From Asterias rubens (Eukaryota), in assembly GCF_902459465.1 (NCBI RefSeq), contig NC_047064.1, forward strand, positions 2,294,001 to 2,358,000: DNA of 64,000 bases, read 5' to 3'. This document shows positions 10,849 through 24,600 of this stretch, piece after piece; the first letter of the stretch is position 1, and every line of letters starts with the position of its first letter. The position numbers were made by a program, and so were the translations under genes. A model generated the notes under the pieces. The model saw only the letters and a list, made by a program, of their open reading frames with translations. It ran no database searches and was not told where the DNA came from.

Positions 10849-11436
10849 TTAAAGTCACCTGGAAGTGGTATTTTTTCAAAATAAAGCTTTTGCCACTAAT
10901 AATTATATGTGTTTTGATGAGTGGAATGTGAATACAGTTAACTAAGGTTTTAAAAAATCAGTTCTTATGTTATTTACAAATTTAAGAGTAGACCCCGACC
11001 CGAGAGGGCGCTGTTCGTGACGTCAATCGAGGCAGACTTTGCCTGTAATGCGTAGAGTAAACACAATTGCAAAGTACATGTACGGACCAAGTCGTGAGTT
11101 TGAACGTTTCAAAAAAATATTTTTTTGTTTTTTTCCGGCAATGCCGACCAGGTGTATTGCTGCTGAATGCAGAAAAACACTTTTTGAAACGTACCAACTC
11201 ACGACTTGGACGTACATGTACTTTGCATGTGTGTTTACTATACGCATTGCAGGCAAAGTCTGCCTCGATTGACGTCACAATAGGGGTAGGCGGAGTCAGC
11301 CCCCCAAACAACTTTATATATTTTTTAAACATATAAATCGTGACAAACAATTACTAAAAAAAATTGTTTTAGTGTTCGTAAGCATATACTCTTATGTTTG
11401 AAAAGGGAAAACAAATCTATTTCCAGGTGACTTTAA
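10849..11436. mobile_element. Kolobok-like MITE family D with a large internal palindrome
   Basis: TTAA|agtcacctggaa ... ttccaggtgact|TTAA; ~100-bp internal inverted arms within ~11018-11280. Confidence 0.8.
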
Positions 11437-12279
11437 GGATTAAAGATGAAATGTTTGAAGCCAATTTCATGATAGGGCTGTTTTAGCAGAGAATCTACTA
11501 TAAGTCATTACAATCGTAAAGAACTACAACAAGGTTTTTTTCGTTGAATATTAAACAAAGGAACACAATTTTACGGGTTTTATTATGAAATCTGACATGT
11601 TAGCTTGCAAGGGCGCAAGAAACTTGAGGGGCCATTAGCAGAGAATCCAGTCCGTTAGGCCCTCATGTACGTGAAATTGTATTAGTAATGTAATGTTTTT
11701 GTGGTGAGCATGATTTTGTTGTGCTTAGCTCTATGTATATATATGGGAAGGAAGGAGGTATTTTTCCTAATCTATTTACGTCTAAATACCCTTATATAAG
11801 CCTATGCGAGAATCTATATGAGTTTGCACTAATGCTACGTGGCCCATAGTTCAACATCATTTGCTTGTAATTTTTAATTTTCCGTTTGAACAAAGAAGAA
11901 ACTGAATTGAACTAGATCAGGATTTGAACCTGGAGGCCTTCTGGTTTATGTCGGCGATCTCAAACTCACCGCATTTTCACGCGGTATGCCTACGGCCAAC
12001 ACACCCAAAATAATTTAATTATCCAAATAGTTTCCTTTGTAATTGTGGATTATAATAATAATTATTTGTTATTGTTACTTGTTCAACTGCTGCTGCTTCT
12101 AAGGTTGTATCTGGGCTTAATAGCTGTGCTTTAAAATGGCAAGACGGAGATTGTTTTAGGAAAGAGGTTCTACAGTTGTGAAAAACTAAAAGGGATCACA
12201 TAACTATTTCCAAATCCATTTGTATACAAAATAATAAGATGTTTTCCCTCAGTCAACCAATAATACCAGCGCTTTCATG

Positions 12280-12549
12280 CTAAATAATGCCCTTGCGTCT
12301 CGTCTAGACACCCGACGGCTGTTTCCCTAGGTTAACCTTTGACCCAGACGTCCCTTGGCATCGATTGTGTGTTAACGATGTGCGGATGGACAAAAAGAAA
12401 TTTGTACACACTTTAGTGCATGCGCGTATTTTGGTTTGTGTTGTGTCTCAGCCACGATCGGGCATGCACAGAATCAACACCATTTTGGTCGCACGAAACC
12501 GCCCCTTTTCGCCCATTTTTAGCACGCTTTCGGGCGTTAAGCTGTGAAA
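12280..12549 (+). promoter_or_regulatory. Probable VPS13 promoter / 5' UTR
   Basis: Locally CpG- and GC-richer than its flanks, directly upstream of the ATG, with a GC-box-like ccgccc; the transcription start cannot be determined from sequence. Confidence 0.45.
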
Positions 12550-12649
12550 ATGGTGTTCGAATCGCTTGTTGTGGACTTGCTGAACCGTTTTCTTGGCCAA
12601 TATATTGAGAATCTTGATGCATCGCAGTTGAAACTTGGCATTTGGGGAG
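12550..12649 (+). CDS. VPS13A/C: VPS13 exon 1 (100 nt, [33 protein letters not shown])
   Basis: gaaaATGg start context; donor AG|GTGAGT; phase 1. Confidence 0.97.
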
Positions 12650-15600
12650 GTGAGTGTTTTTGTTGGTCCACAGTTAGATTTGACCTTGAAAGTTGATTTT
12701 GAATGAAGGACAACAATGATGTTCAATATCATTGACCACGTTGAACTTGAGGTTCTTGGATTTTATAGCAATAATGTTTATTCAGTTGTTTTTGTATTGT
12801 AACATGGTCAGTGGTTATGCTTATTTAATATAGACTAGACGACATGACTCGATCGATCATGCCATCACTCGTCACGTAATTTTTAATTTTTTTTTACAAT
12901 AAGGACCAAAAACGGAATCTCATCACAAAACACTTGAAAACAGAGCGTAATTTTACCCCCATCCTCCCCCAGCCAGTGTGCACCGGTTGGAGGGTGGAGG
13001 GTTATATTTTATGAATCACAGTGATCCTTTAAAAATAAAGATGACTGGAAAAAGAAGGTCATAATCACAAAATGTTTGTAGCCTGATTTTCATTTCATCA
13101 CCAATTGCTCCAAGGTTTTTCGGTTGCATGTGGCTCTATTTTATGTGGATGTGGAGTTAAATTTGTTGCTGGTGCCATGAAGTGACCTGGACCTGAGTGG
13201 ACCACAGCCCCAAATTTGTGTTCAATAGAGAAAATCGCAATTGAAGTTGCAGTGTTTGTCAAACTGCTGTTCAAAGTCTGGGTTTTTATTTTTTAAATTT
13301 ATTTTTAAGACGTAAATAATAAAGCAGTCTTCCCATTCATACACAAAAGTCAACAGGCCACTTCCTGGGACTGCACTGAAGGATTTCGGGAAAAGTTTCC
13401 GTATAAACCACCACTTTTTCATTCGATATGAAATAATATAGTATCTAATTTACCTCAATGAGATATCCCTTTTTGTAAAAATGAGTGATAAAAAGTGGTG
13501 GCGCCACAGTTATCCGGATTTCGTTAAAAGTGTGTAACACCATTTATGGGCAGTAACAGACCCCCCATCATGCCCATGGATTGGGTGTTCGAGTGTTAGG
13601 CTATAACAACAAATTTCCATTTTTACAAATTATCTCTGTAAGTGTTATTAATATTATTCTCTTATAAAATTTGTATTAGTATTTGATACTCTGAAAAATA
13701 AATTTGAATTGACATTGAATTTACAAAGTTTTGCTTTCTCAAAAAGGGCGTTTCTTTTACACTGTGAAGAAACTTTTTGTGGATCGAAACAGGTCCCATT
13801 TTGAACACGCTCAAATTCTTAATTCATATCTGACCTACATTTTATGTACCTCTGTACGACGGCATTACGCTTTTAAAATAACTCATAGTTGTACATGGAA
13901 GAATGCTTGTTAATGATTACCATAAACTCATGTGGTATTTCACTTAACTCAAAACAGACGTGAATTTCCGGGCCTCAAACATATTTTTGTTAAAGTATTA
14001 ATACGGTACAGAGACTTTCCTCTACACCAATGAAAACCTTCTTGTGGACAAAAGAATTTTGTAGGCCCTTGTTGTACGTCTATGAGTCAAGATTTTCCTT
14101 TGGATTTTAACAACAGGAAATGGCTTGTCAAACTGGAAACTAAATTGACTTTTCCTTAAATCCTAGACCAGATTACATTCGGAGATAATTTTACATAAGA
14201 AAAACAAAAGTATACATGTACATCTTGGTTATGGAGGAAGAAAATAATGACATTGACAACAAGGAAAACATTAGCCTTATTAAAAAACAAGTGTATTACT
14301 GCACTATATATTACGTTGTACAGTCCCATTGTACTAATTAACCGTGGCAAAATCAACAGTTGCCAATCTACCAAGTCAAGGCAGTTAAATTTCACAGCGA
14401 GTATTTAACCAGCGCACTCTGTACATGAAATAGAAACCGTTCATTACACATATTTTTTTATGATTGAATAAAGTCATTGTTTTTTTTCTGAATGGAAAAT
14501 AAAATTGAAAATTAAATACAGATTCAGTGTGGCGCCAGGAGTTAATTATTAAGTTAATACCACATACAATACTCACATGTTGCCTAGAGAAAGGGCTGGG
14601 GGCCACGAGATGACTGTCATCACATGAAATGAAGGCTGTTAAAGGCAGTGGACACTATTGGTAATTACTCAAAATAATTATTGTCATAAAACCTTACTTG
14701 GTAACGAGTAATGGAAAGAGGTTGATAGTATAAAACATTGTGAGAAACAGCTCCCTCTGAAGTGAAGTAGTTTTCGAGAAAGAAGTAATTTTCCACGAAT
14801 TTGATTTCGAGACCTCAGATTTAGAATTTGAGGTCTCAAAATCAAACATCTGAAAGCACACAACTTCGTGTGACCATGGTGCGACAGGGGTGTTTTTTCT
14901 TTCATTGATATCTCGCAAATTTGACGACCAATTGAGCTCAAATTTTCACAGATTTGTTATTTCATGCATATGTTAAGATACACCGAGTCAACAGACCGGT
15001 CTTTGACAAATTTACCAATAGTGTCCAGTGTCTTTAACCAGGAGAGGTAGAATCTAGGTTGCATGAATGGGGGGCTTGGAAATGTTATCTTTTATGTGTA
15101 AGGATATGAGTTTGAGTTTTTTAAAAGTTAACCGTTTGCATTTTATGGTAGCCGTCAACGTCAACCTGAGATTTACAGCAGTAAGTGGGTTTCTAGCTTG
15201 CTTATTTTTCACATGTTACTGGCCAAATGTCATGCCATATGCATAGCTTGTAACCGATATTTAGCTGTTGTTTACTTAGCATAAACATTGAGTGGAGTCT
15301 TTGCCGGTAATCTGGTTTTACGAAGCAAGGATTTTTTTGCTTTTTAAAGCAAACATTTTTGCTTTTAAAGCAGCTCTATGAAATTAGGCCCTGGTCTCTT
15401 GAAGCTTCCCATAGACTTAACAAAATGAACAATATCCTTGCACTCTCGATGATGAAATTCCAGCCAGGTGTTGTAAAATGACTGTTGACCACTTTATGAA
15501 TTTGAAACAAAATAGCGTTGGTTACTGGTTCATAGCTACTGACGTGTGCAGTACACACTGTAGACTGTACATAATTTATACTGTTAGAGCATGATTGGAG

Positions 15601-18600
15601 AGGTTACATGTCCAACCCTATTCTTAATTCAGTTTAGCCAAGGACCTGCATATTGATTGATTGATTAAATATTTCAATGTTGTGACCTGGCTCTTTGTGT
15701 AATGGTCCCAATGTTTGCAGACCACTTTACATCAATGCACAATGTAGAAATTCTTTGAGAAAGTATGGTAGTAATTTCCCCCTGTATGGTTGTTTCTGTT
15801 ATTTGAGTACCCCTCCCCCATCCTCTCTGGTCAGTTAAAGGGCCCCTTCCCTCTTTAGTTGACCCTTGTTGAATGGTATGTAAATATACAGCCCATAGCA
15901 AGGAACAGACCATGGATGCAGATCTCCTCCTCCTTTGTCAGGCCAACATACCACTAGTTAACGGTCTTACCACACATTGATCTGTTTGGGTGAAGAGACT
16001 AATAAACACCTTTTCATGGGCATTCAATAACGACAGTCATGATAGTGGTGCAGGACAGGCCTGGAATTTTGTCTTTAAGAAGAAGGCAAGGGTTGAAGTG
16101 ATGCAAAGGGCAACTTTTGAAGAGGCACAAAGACCAAGAACCAGGACAACAGAGACCGTGGGGGCATCGAGGCAATTTTCTTCGTTGCCTCTCAATAAGT
16201 TTCAGGCCTACGCACAAATAACGAGGGACATGATAATTTGGAAACAATCAGAATTATTTTGTGAACATAATTTTTTCCTTAGAAGTAAGTGTATTGGAAA
16301 TCCCAGGCCTGTTGTGACCTGCCTCACTTCTTCCAATTTGCTTTGATTCACTCCATTGATTCCCCTCTGAAAATTTTACCCCACAGAAAACAAACACATA
16401 ATGAGTATTACAAACATGCCTGTGTGTTTCGTGTTTACAAAAGCAAGGGCAGCAAGGCATTTTCTCCTTGGTAAGGGCATGCTCTGAGAAAATTGTCAAC
16501 TTCTACTGGATCATTTCAAGGGCACCAAGGCAATAATGACCAGGGGGGCATTGAGGCAATTGCCTTTGTTGCCTCCAATAAGTTTCAGGCCTACGTACAA
16601 ATAATGAGGGACATGATAGTTTGGAAATAATCAGAATTATTTTGTGAACATACTTTTTCCCCAAGTAAGTGTACCAAAAATGCAGAATTCAGCTTTGTAC
16701 AACCATCAGGATATACACTGTATTCACATGCCACATTTTTTAAATCAGTTTAATTTTTAATATTTTGTTCAGTACACACAGATGAAGTAGGCTACTGTTA
16801 ATAATTTGAGTTTGCACTTGTTGGCTTGTACACTTGTACAATGTACTCTCCATCTCTGGTCCACTAACACTACCAATCTTACAAAAGGGAGTTATTGGAT
16901 GTGATGTGACTGAAACAACGAGGGGTGACATATTGTTTCAGCAGCATACATGGAGTCTATAATGTTTCCCCCAAGCTGTTTCTTTCCAATTCTACCTCCA
17001 TGATGTAACATGTTTTTTGTTAGGCTTTGGGATTTATAGGCCTGACCTGGCTCTACAAGTACTACGTATGGTGTTCTACTCCTCATGTATTATGTTGACT
17101 CATAATATAATGCAAGCTAAAAAAATCCTTGGATTTCATTACCAAGCAGAGAAAATGAATGAGAGTGTAATTCAATTTTCATTAAGAAAAAAATCAATGC
17201 AATATAACGACGGCAAAGCTTTTGCAATGTAAGCATCTAGGTATAGTGTTAGGTCATAGAGCAAGGAATGGTTAGGTGTGCACTTGAAGCAAAGCGCTTG
17301 CATAGGTGTGCACTTGAAGCAAAGCGCTTGCATACATGTTCCCTGGATGGAATGTTTCTCTCATTCCACCGTGCTGTTTAACAGTAGGGACTCTACACTG
17401 ACCTAATGATGGACACTGAATATATTTTATACACAGGACTTGTATGGTACGCTCAGCCCTCTCAAAAAACTTTGTCTAAATTCAGACCTTTTTTTTTGTG
17501 TCTGCTCAATTAATGTTTTTTTCTTCTTCAAGATTATAAAAACATTATGCTCTACATGAACTTGCTGAGTAGACTGTTTCCAGAAGCTTTTTACAATACT
17601 TCCACGGGTTACCATACGGTGGATATGCCATCATTTCAACAAACCTACTAAAATTAGGATCTTCCAAATTAGGACTCAAACCCCTGATGGTTCACAAATT
17701 GTACGAAAAACAACCAAGTAAATATGCTTGTTTTTGTTTTAAAGCTTTGTTACAGTGTATTTTATGTATATCATCAACATTTTCTTTTGTGTGAACTCCT
17801 TGTTAGCAAAGATGGCAAGGGTTAAACAAAAAAGCAGCCCATCATACATGAATATGTGTTTTGGCCACTGTATTCATAAACACTCAATAGGGCCTATGCG
17901 AAAACAGACAAAAAACATCTAATAAACATTACATTAATCCTTTGTGTGTTTTTGTTAAATGTAGGAGATGCTGTTCTTCAAAATTTGGATGTGAAGGAAG
18001 GAGCTCTGGTAAGCACAACTTAAGGATTTTCATATTTTATTAATATATTTTTGTACTGGTTTTAAGGGCTCATACTTTACCATGGACCTCATGCCATAGG
18101 CCAGTGACTTTTGTACAGGTCAGTACGCTTTTCCCTTCAAACACTAACTGTCTGATCAATTTCTCTTTCTATGTCAAGTAGTGAAATAGTCTTGCCAATA
18201 ATATATGAGATCAGTCTTCTCTCCATGCTCCCTCAAATGAAACAAGTTCAAGTTTTAATTGTTTTTGTTTTCCATTTTCAATTTTGGTCTTGAATAAAAA
18301 ATATTCCCAATAGAAAACACAGATATCCCAGAAGAACCAATATCCCCCCCCCCCCTCCCGAACCAAAAGCAAATAAAATTGTTTACAAAAAATAATGAAA
18401 CAAAATTGTTAACATAAACTTGTTATCATTTATGAATGGTAGTTCAATGAAAATATGTTTGTTCTGGTACAGGAAATGGCCCTTTAAATTGCCACCTGTA
18501 AGAAACATTTGAATTAATAACTATTTCATATCTATAGCCTTGATCGTAATAACAAGGTCTTTGTCTGGAATATCCATCCAGCACACCCAGCGCATGATCT

Positions 18601-21600
18601 ATAAAAAAACATGCACCAATCATAGAGTGGCCATTTATTGTTGCTCATTCCAGATGCTTTGTTGTGTAGCACACAAGTGCATCACCCATGACCATACTGA
18701 TTAGACATGACCTTGGGGGACTAGCAGTGTGTGTTGGCTACTCCCACGAGGGAGCCCATTGGCATAGCGGTTAATAGACCCAGACCCAAGCCTCAGCCCA
18801 GCAGCTATCATTGTGGCTCATAATTTGCATGATACATGAGCGGGCGGGTGTGTAAATGAGATGCTGCCCAATTACATGCAGCTAGACTGCTGATCATGAG
18901 GATCGTACACAGTGTAATGGGGAAGGGATTATGGACCAAACGCTTATATTGTATCACTGGGTTGTCTCGGGGTGTTGTTTTACGAGGTTAATGAAAAACA
19001 AAACCATAAAATCATGTTCAAGGGTGAATGATTATTATGATAGCTGCCCTGATTCTTAACAATCTATTGCTTTAAAGCAGGCATAGGGTTTAGTGTGGAC
19101 CTTTGGAGGAAGAGAGGCTTAAATTTATTCCTATTTTCGAGTTTTCCATCAACTTAAACTACCAAACTGCTACCATTGCACAGGTTCAAGCCTGATACCT
19201 CACAGAGGCAATTTCCTCTATGCCCCTAAGCCCCGGGATGGTCATCGCCTTAGTGCCCTCCTGATACAAATTTACATTTGCCTCATATAGGTGGAAGTGT
19301 CGTGGCCGAGCGGTTAAGAGCACCGAGTTCAAACTCTGGTGTTTCTGATCAGCAGAGTGTGGGTTCGAATCCCCAGCCGTGACACTTGTGTCCTTTAGCA
19401 AGACACTTAACCATTGCTTCGTCCTTCGGATGGGACGTAAAGCCGTTGGTCCCATGTGTTGAGTAACGCATGTAAAAGAACCCAGTGTACTTTTCGAAAA
19501 GAGAAGGGGTTCGCCCCGGTGTTCCTGGCTGTGGCTGCTATATGCGCCGTAGCACCTTGTAAACCCTTATAAGGTGCTAAATAATTGGGTCTCAAAATTC
19601 ATCACTGCAATTACCTATCTTTCTGAAAGTTTGTATATATACTCAGCGCCTTGAGTACCTTGTTTGGTAGATACATGCGCTATATAAGACTTCGATATTA
19701 GGTGCCCTTAATGTAGGAGAACTGCCTGGCCCTTACAAGGTTGAGGCATATGAGGCCTGCAAGGTCCAATTTTATGGCTCTGCTTACCGCTGAATTATGC
19801 GCTTATGGTGCCTTGTGAAGCACATTATTTTATTCGCTGTAAGCGCAGAATTCAGTGGTAAGCAGATTGTGCCCAGGTCTGATTATGAGGTCAGAATACA
19901 GTTTTTTTTATTGGGACAAGTTTTGATAATTATAATAATGATGTTGTCTGAAGTGCTGGTAGGTAGCAATAAAAGTTCCATGACGCTTGCTCCAGTAATA
20001 AAATTCCTTTGTGGATGACTTTCAGTGGTGCAAAAAGGAAAGTTGAAAAGGGACGCTGCATAAAAACAGCAGCAGATTGATCAGCAATTCCAAATCTCTA
20101 TGGAATTCAGGCCTGATACTTCACGGAGGCAACGAAGGCGATTGCCTCCGTTGCCCCTGGTCATTGCCTTGGTGCCCTTGAAATGCTCCAGTAGAAATTA
20201 ACAATTTACTCATAGGGTGCTCTTTACTAAAGGAGAAAATGCCTTGGTCCCCTTGGCCTTTTAAAAACGAAGCATACAGGCCTGGGAAATTAGATAAAAT
20301 GTTCATTAAAAAGATGTCTCTTCAAGGCTGATGGCAACTAGAAAGGTTTTTCAAGCTTTGCTAGTCAACCATCAGAGACAAAGGCCACATGTGGAGTTGT
20401 GGACCATGGAGTGAGGACTGGGTTCTCATCACGTCTGCGTCTGTGACAGGCATCGGCCAGCCTCTCAAATAAGTACAAACTCAAAGTGCTACGTCAATCC
20501 ATTGCATGGAGTCAAGTTCATTTGAAAAGAAAACATTTTTGACAATAAATCAACAAAACAACATTCATACTGAAGCTTGGTGAATGGTGAACCTAAAAGT
20601 GACCTACTTTACTCAGCGAAGCAGCTTGCCAGCCATTAATTTGCATAACTTATGCAGACAATTTTATCACGGGATTTGTGTCGTTAAACTCAACGGTGTA
20701 TGATAGTACAATAGTGATTGATACCCACAGTTGATGTCGTTTAGATCTCACATACATGTAGTAAAGCTGCAAGCTCTGTATGTAAAAAAGAAAATAATTG
20801 TGCAAGTACAACTAGTACGCCCACATTCATACAACAACATGTCACATGTGTTTTTTATTTTGTACACAGTGTGTACACATGTTTTGTAACTTTAAGCGTA
20901 AGAACATAAGTCGTGGGAGGACCGTGATGAATTTTAGTTGGTGTCTAGGGACGTCAGATTGACCCCTTTTTATCCACTGCTGCCACAACCATGAGACTTG
21001 CATTACAGTGGACAATACTTGTGTTGAAAACATCAACTAGTGAAAGCCCTTTTTTGTGGTGGAGCGTTTCAGCTTGAATGAAGGTGTGAATAGATGAGAG
21101 TTGTTATTTTTTTTTAAGAGAGGGCTGCAACCTCTTTTCAATCTCGGTTTTCTGCATTCCAGAGAGAATTCAATTTCAAGTTCACAAAGCAAAACCAGCG
21201 ACCCATACATTTTTTTTTCTTTTCGGTTAGCTACCTTATTGTCATGCACTAGTAAACATGGTAGGCCTATACTACATCTCTATAATTATTTAATAATATA
21301 CTTCACACAACTCATCATCTCAAGCCTGTTTTAACGCAAATATTTCTTTGGAATGATTTTAACCACTACAGCACGGCTGACTTTTTTTTTATCATGCTAA
21401 ATGTGGACTTTTCAGTAATATTAAAAAGACAAAGATAAAAACAAGGTTTGCTCATTGCAAACTGTAGACTCCCCAAAATACAAGGTTTTCCAATGTGTTT
21501 AAAACTTCCCCAAAACAAGATAAAAAAACCAAAACAATTACCGTGGCCCTTATTTCATGCGCTGCAAAATTGAGAAACAGCAAATTAGTGAACACTCAAT

Positions 21601-24600
21601 TATGCAACAATAGCTATTATCATAAACAGAATGAGAAAAAAACCCACCTACAACCCCTGATCTTATCTTTGTTTTGGTTACATATACAGACAATTTTTGT
21701 TTAAATTACAACCACTAAAAAAACACGGCAAAAAAAATCGTTTACATTTGTAAGGGAGACATGTTAAAGTAAAATTCAAATTGGGAACCCCCCCTCGGGG
21801 AGAAATGCCGCACCCATTGTGCCCCTCCCCCTAAAATGTATGTTGTTCAGTAGCTAGCTGCTGTCTGGTCTGATCGTTCAATGTGATCAGGCCCCTAGCA
21901 AGCCTGACATGAAAACAGATCAATACATACAATTACAGTGTACCAAATTGTAGGCTACATGTATGCCGTTTTATGCACAGGTGTGCCACGACAATACACA
22001 AACACTGTTTGAATTGATGTCAATTGTTATGGCATCTTGTTGGAATGAGTAGGGCCTACACGTACATTTAGGAGGAGGGTTTTCAAGTTAGAATGCTTGA
22101 CTCCTTGTTGATCCCCACATATACACAGTGTAGTAATCATGAATAAATGGGTACAAAGAATGTTCACAAGTTATTTTATTTATGAGTAAAGAAAATACAA
22201 ATTTGGTACAGGAAAATTATTGCCTTTTCATAATTTTATGTGGATAGACGTGTCTACATAAAAATCATAAGGCCTAAACTGTACCAAGGGGCATAGGCCC
22301 TATATAAATTAAATAAACATAGGCCCTACCCCAACATGTACTAATCCCCTTTCACACTCGATAAATCTCCCAGGAATATGTGGTTGACCTTTACGTCTGA
22401 ATTGCTAACCCTCATTGCAATGACTCCTGAGAAATAAATGTATCCATTCCCCAGGTAATAGCTAACCCCTGCTTGGAAGTGGGGGTTAAGCCATATAACC
22501 CAGGGTTAGTATTATTACATGCCTCGAAATAACCCACAGGAGTGGCCAGGGTGCCCTTTGCAAAATTCAAATACAAATTTACGTTTGTGAGAGAACCTTT
22601 CCAGAGAGAAATTTCTGTGCCCCTTCAAGAGAAGTTCAAGGCCTGAACTGAGTGATCATTCTTCGCAGAAATTTTGCACCATAATGTAGTTTGAAAAGAA
22701 CATGTGCCCCTGGAATTTCCTGGGGTTTTATTTCCTGGGAATGGACCCTTCCCATGAAATATGCTAATTACATTCACGCATGCGTACAGACCCTGTTGGT
22801 TGGCAAACGCCATAGAGTTGTGCACTAAGCAGACGCGCAATCGCGTCTGCCTCACGCACCCATTAGCCGTGTACAAAACAGCGCGATGTTCCCACATTTT
22901 GCCAACCAAAACGTTAGTGCGCACGCGCTATGTGCAATTTACATATTTCATGGGAAGGGTCCATTGCCTCTGTAGTGTGAAAAGGAAGGTCTAAAAATGT
23001 TTTAACACTGTACGCATACAATGTGTAGGCCTACACATGTATAGTGTCTGCATATCACAATCAAAACACCATTGAACCATGAACAATTATCGAGTCAGCT
23101 TGGACGATATTCCACTTAACATTATTGGCTAATTAGGCATCCCATGTAAACTTAATACCAGGAGTAAAATATTTGCCGTCTAAATTAACCATATTGATAG
23201 GTAGTTAAATGAAACTTGAGTCGCTGTTAAATACACATAAGACACAGTGTGTTTATGAAGTGGTGGTTAATGTTCAGTTATGTGTACATAATTGACAGGT
23301 GTGAAAATTCGATGTGAGGGCAAGTAATTTTTTTTAATGAAGTAAAGGCCACTTTTATTGGGGAGCATTTAAAGGGGTGCCAAGGCTATTAAAGGAACAC
23401 GTTGCCTTGGATCGGTCGAGTTGGTCTTTGAAAAGCGTTCGTAACCGGTTGTTATAAAATGCATATGATTAGAAAGATATTTTAAAAGTAGAATATAATG
23501 ATCCACACAAGTATCACTCCAAATTGAGTGGTTTTCCTTTTACCTCGTCGACTAACACGGTTGACCATTTATGGGAGTCAAATTTTTGACTCCCATAAAT
23601 GGCCGACATTGTTAGTTCGCAAAGTAAAAGGAAAACCACGCAATTTTGAGGCAAATTTGTTTGGATTATTGTATCCTACTTTTAAATCATCTTTCTAACC
23701 ATATGAATTTTATGGCAAACGGTTACAAACGCTTTTCAAAGACCAACTCGACTGATCCAAGGCAACGTGTTCCTTTAATAGCCATGGGCATGGAGATGGA
23801 TGGGTTGGTTTCTACCATCCACCACTCTTTGGCTGTAAAAGTGTTTACAGCTGTCGAGTCTGAACCTTCTTTTGCAAGCTTCTGTAAGTGTCATCTTGTG
23901 CTCTGGGCCAGATTTAATCAAGCCTATATAAGCACAAAAACCTGCTAAGCACAGGAAAATCATGCTTAGCAAAAACAGGTTATCATCCATTATTCCATAA
24001 AGTTAACCACTGTAGCGACTGATGCCCCACTCATTTTGTGCTTAGCAGAGACATTTTTCAAGCAGTATTTTCTTCCAATTAGCTTTATGAAAATGGGCTC
24101 AGCTTTTTTTAAGTTTGTGTCAGTGTCTATCTTGTGGATTTGATTCGGTCATCATTCTGTATGTTTGGAGAATGATGCAATGTATTTTTATGTTGTAAGA
24201 ATGTATTTTGTGTGGAAGACTATGTACACAAAGTGCACCCTAGATGGCCCTTCATTCTGAAAAATTTCTGATCAATTCATCTTGACTCTAACTGACTAAC
24301 ACTTAATCACTTGTAAGCATGCTCCTGAATAATGCCTAAAAACACTCTTGGAATATTTTTCATGTACTCATGCTGAGAATTTTTCACTTGTGAATGTTTG
24401 GTGTACTGTTACTCGTGTTAGTACTTATGTTAACGGAGGTGTAATTGAAATTTCACTTCAGAAAAATGTACATTTTTGTGCACTTTGCACAATTTGATTG
24501 ACATTCAAGAAAAATGTATGCAAGAAGTACTTTTTATTAATTGTGAGAACTAAAACTTTTCAAGTTCATAGAAAATAAAGCATAAAGCGAACACAAATAA

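Noticed and set aside
10982-11350. Overlapping ORFs on both strands with similar peptides
   Set aside because: Artefact of the internal palindrome of the family D MITE.
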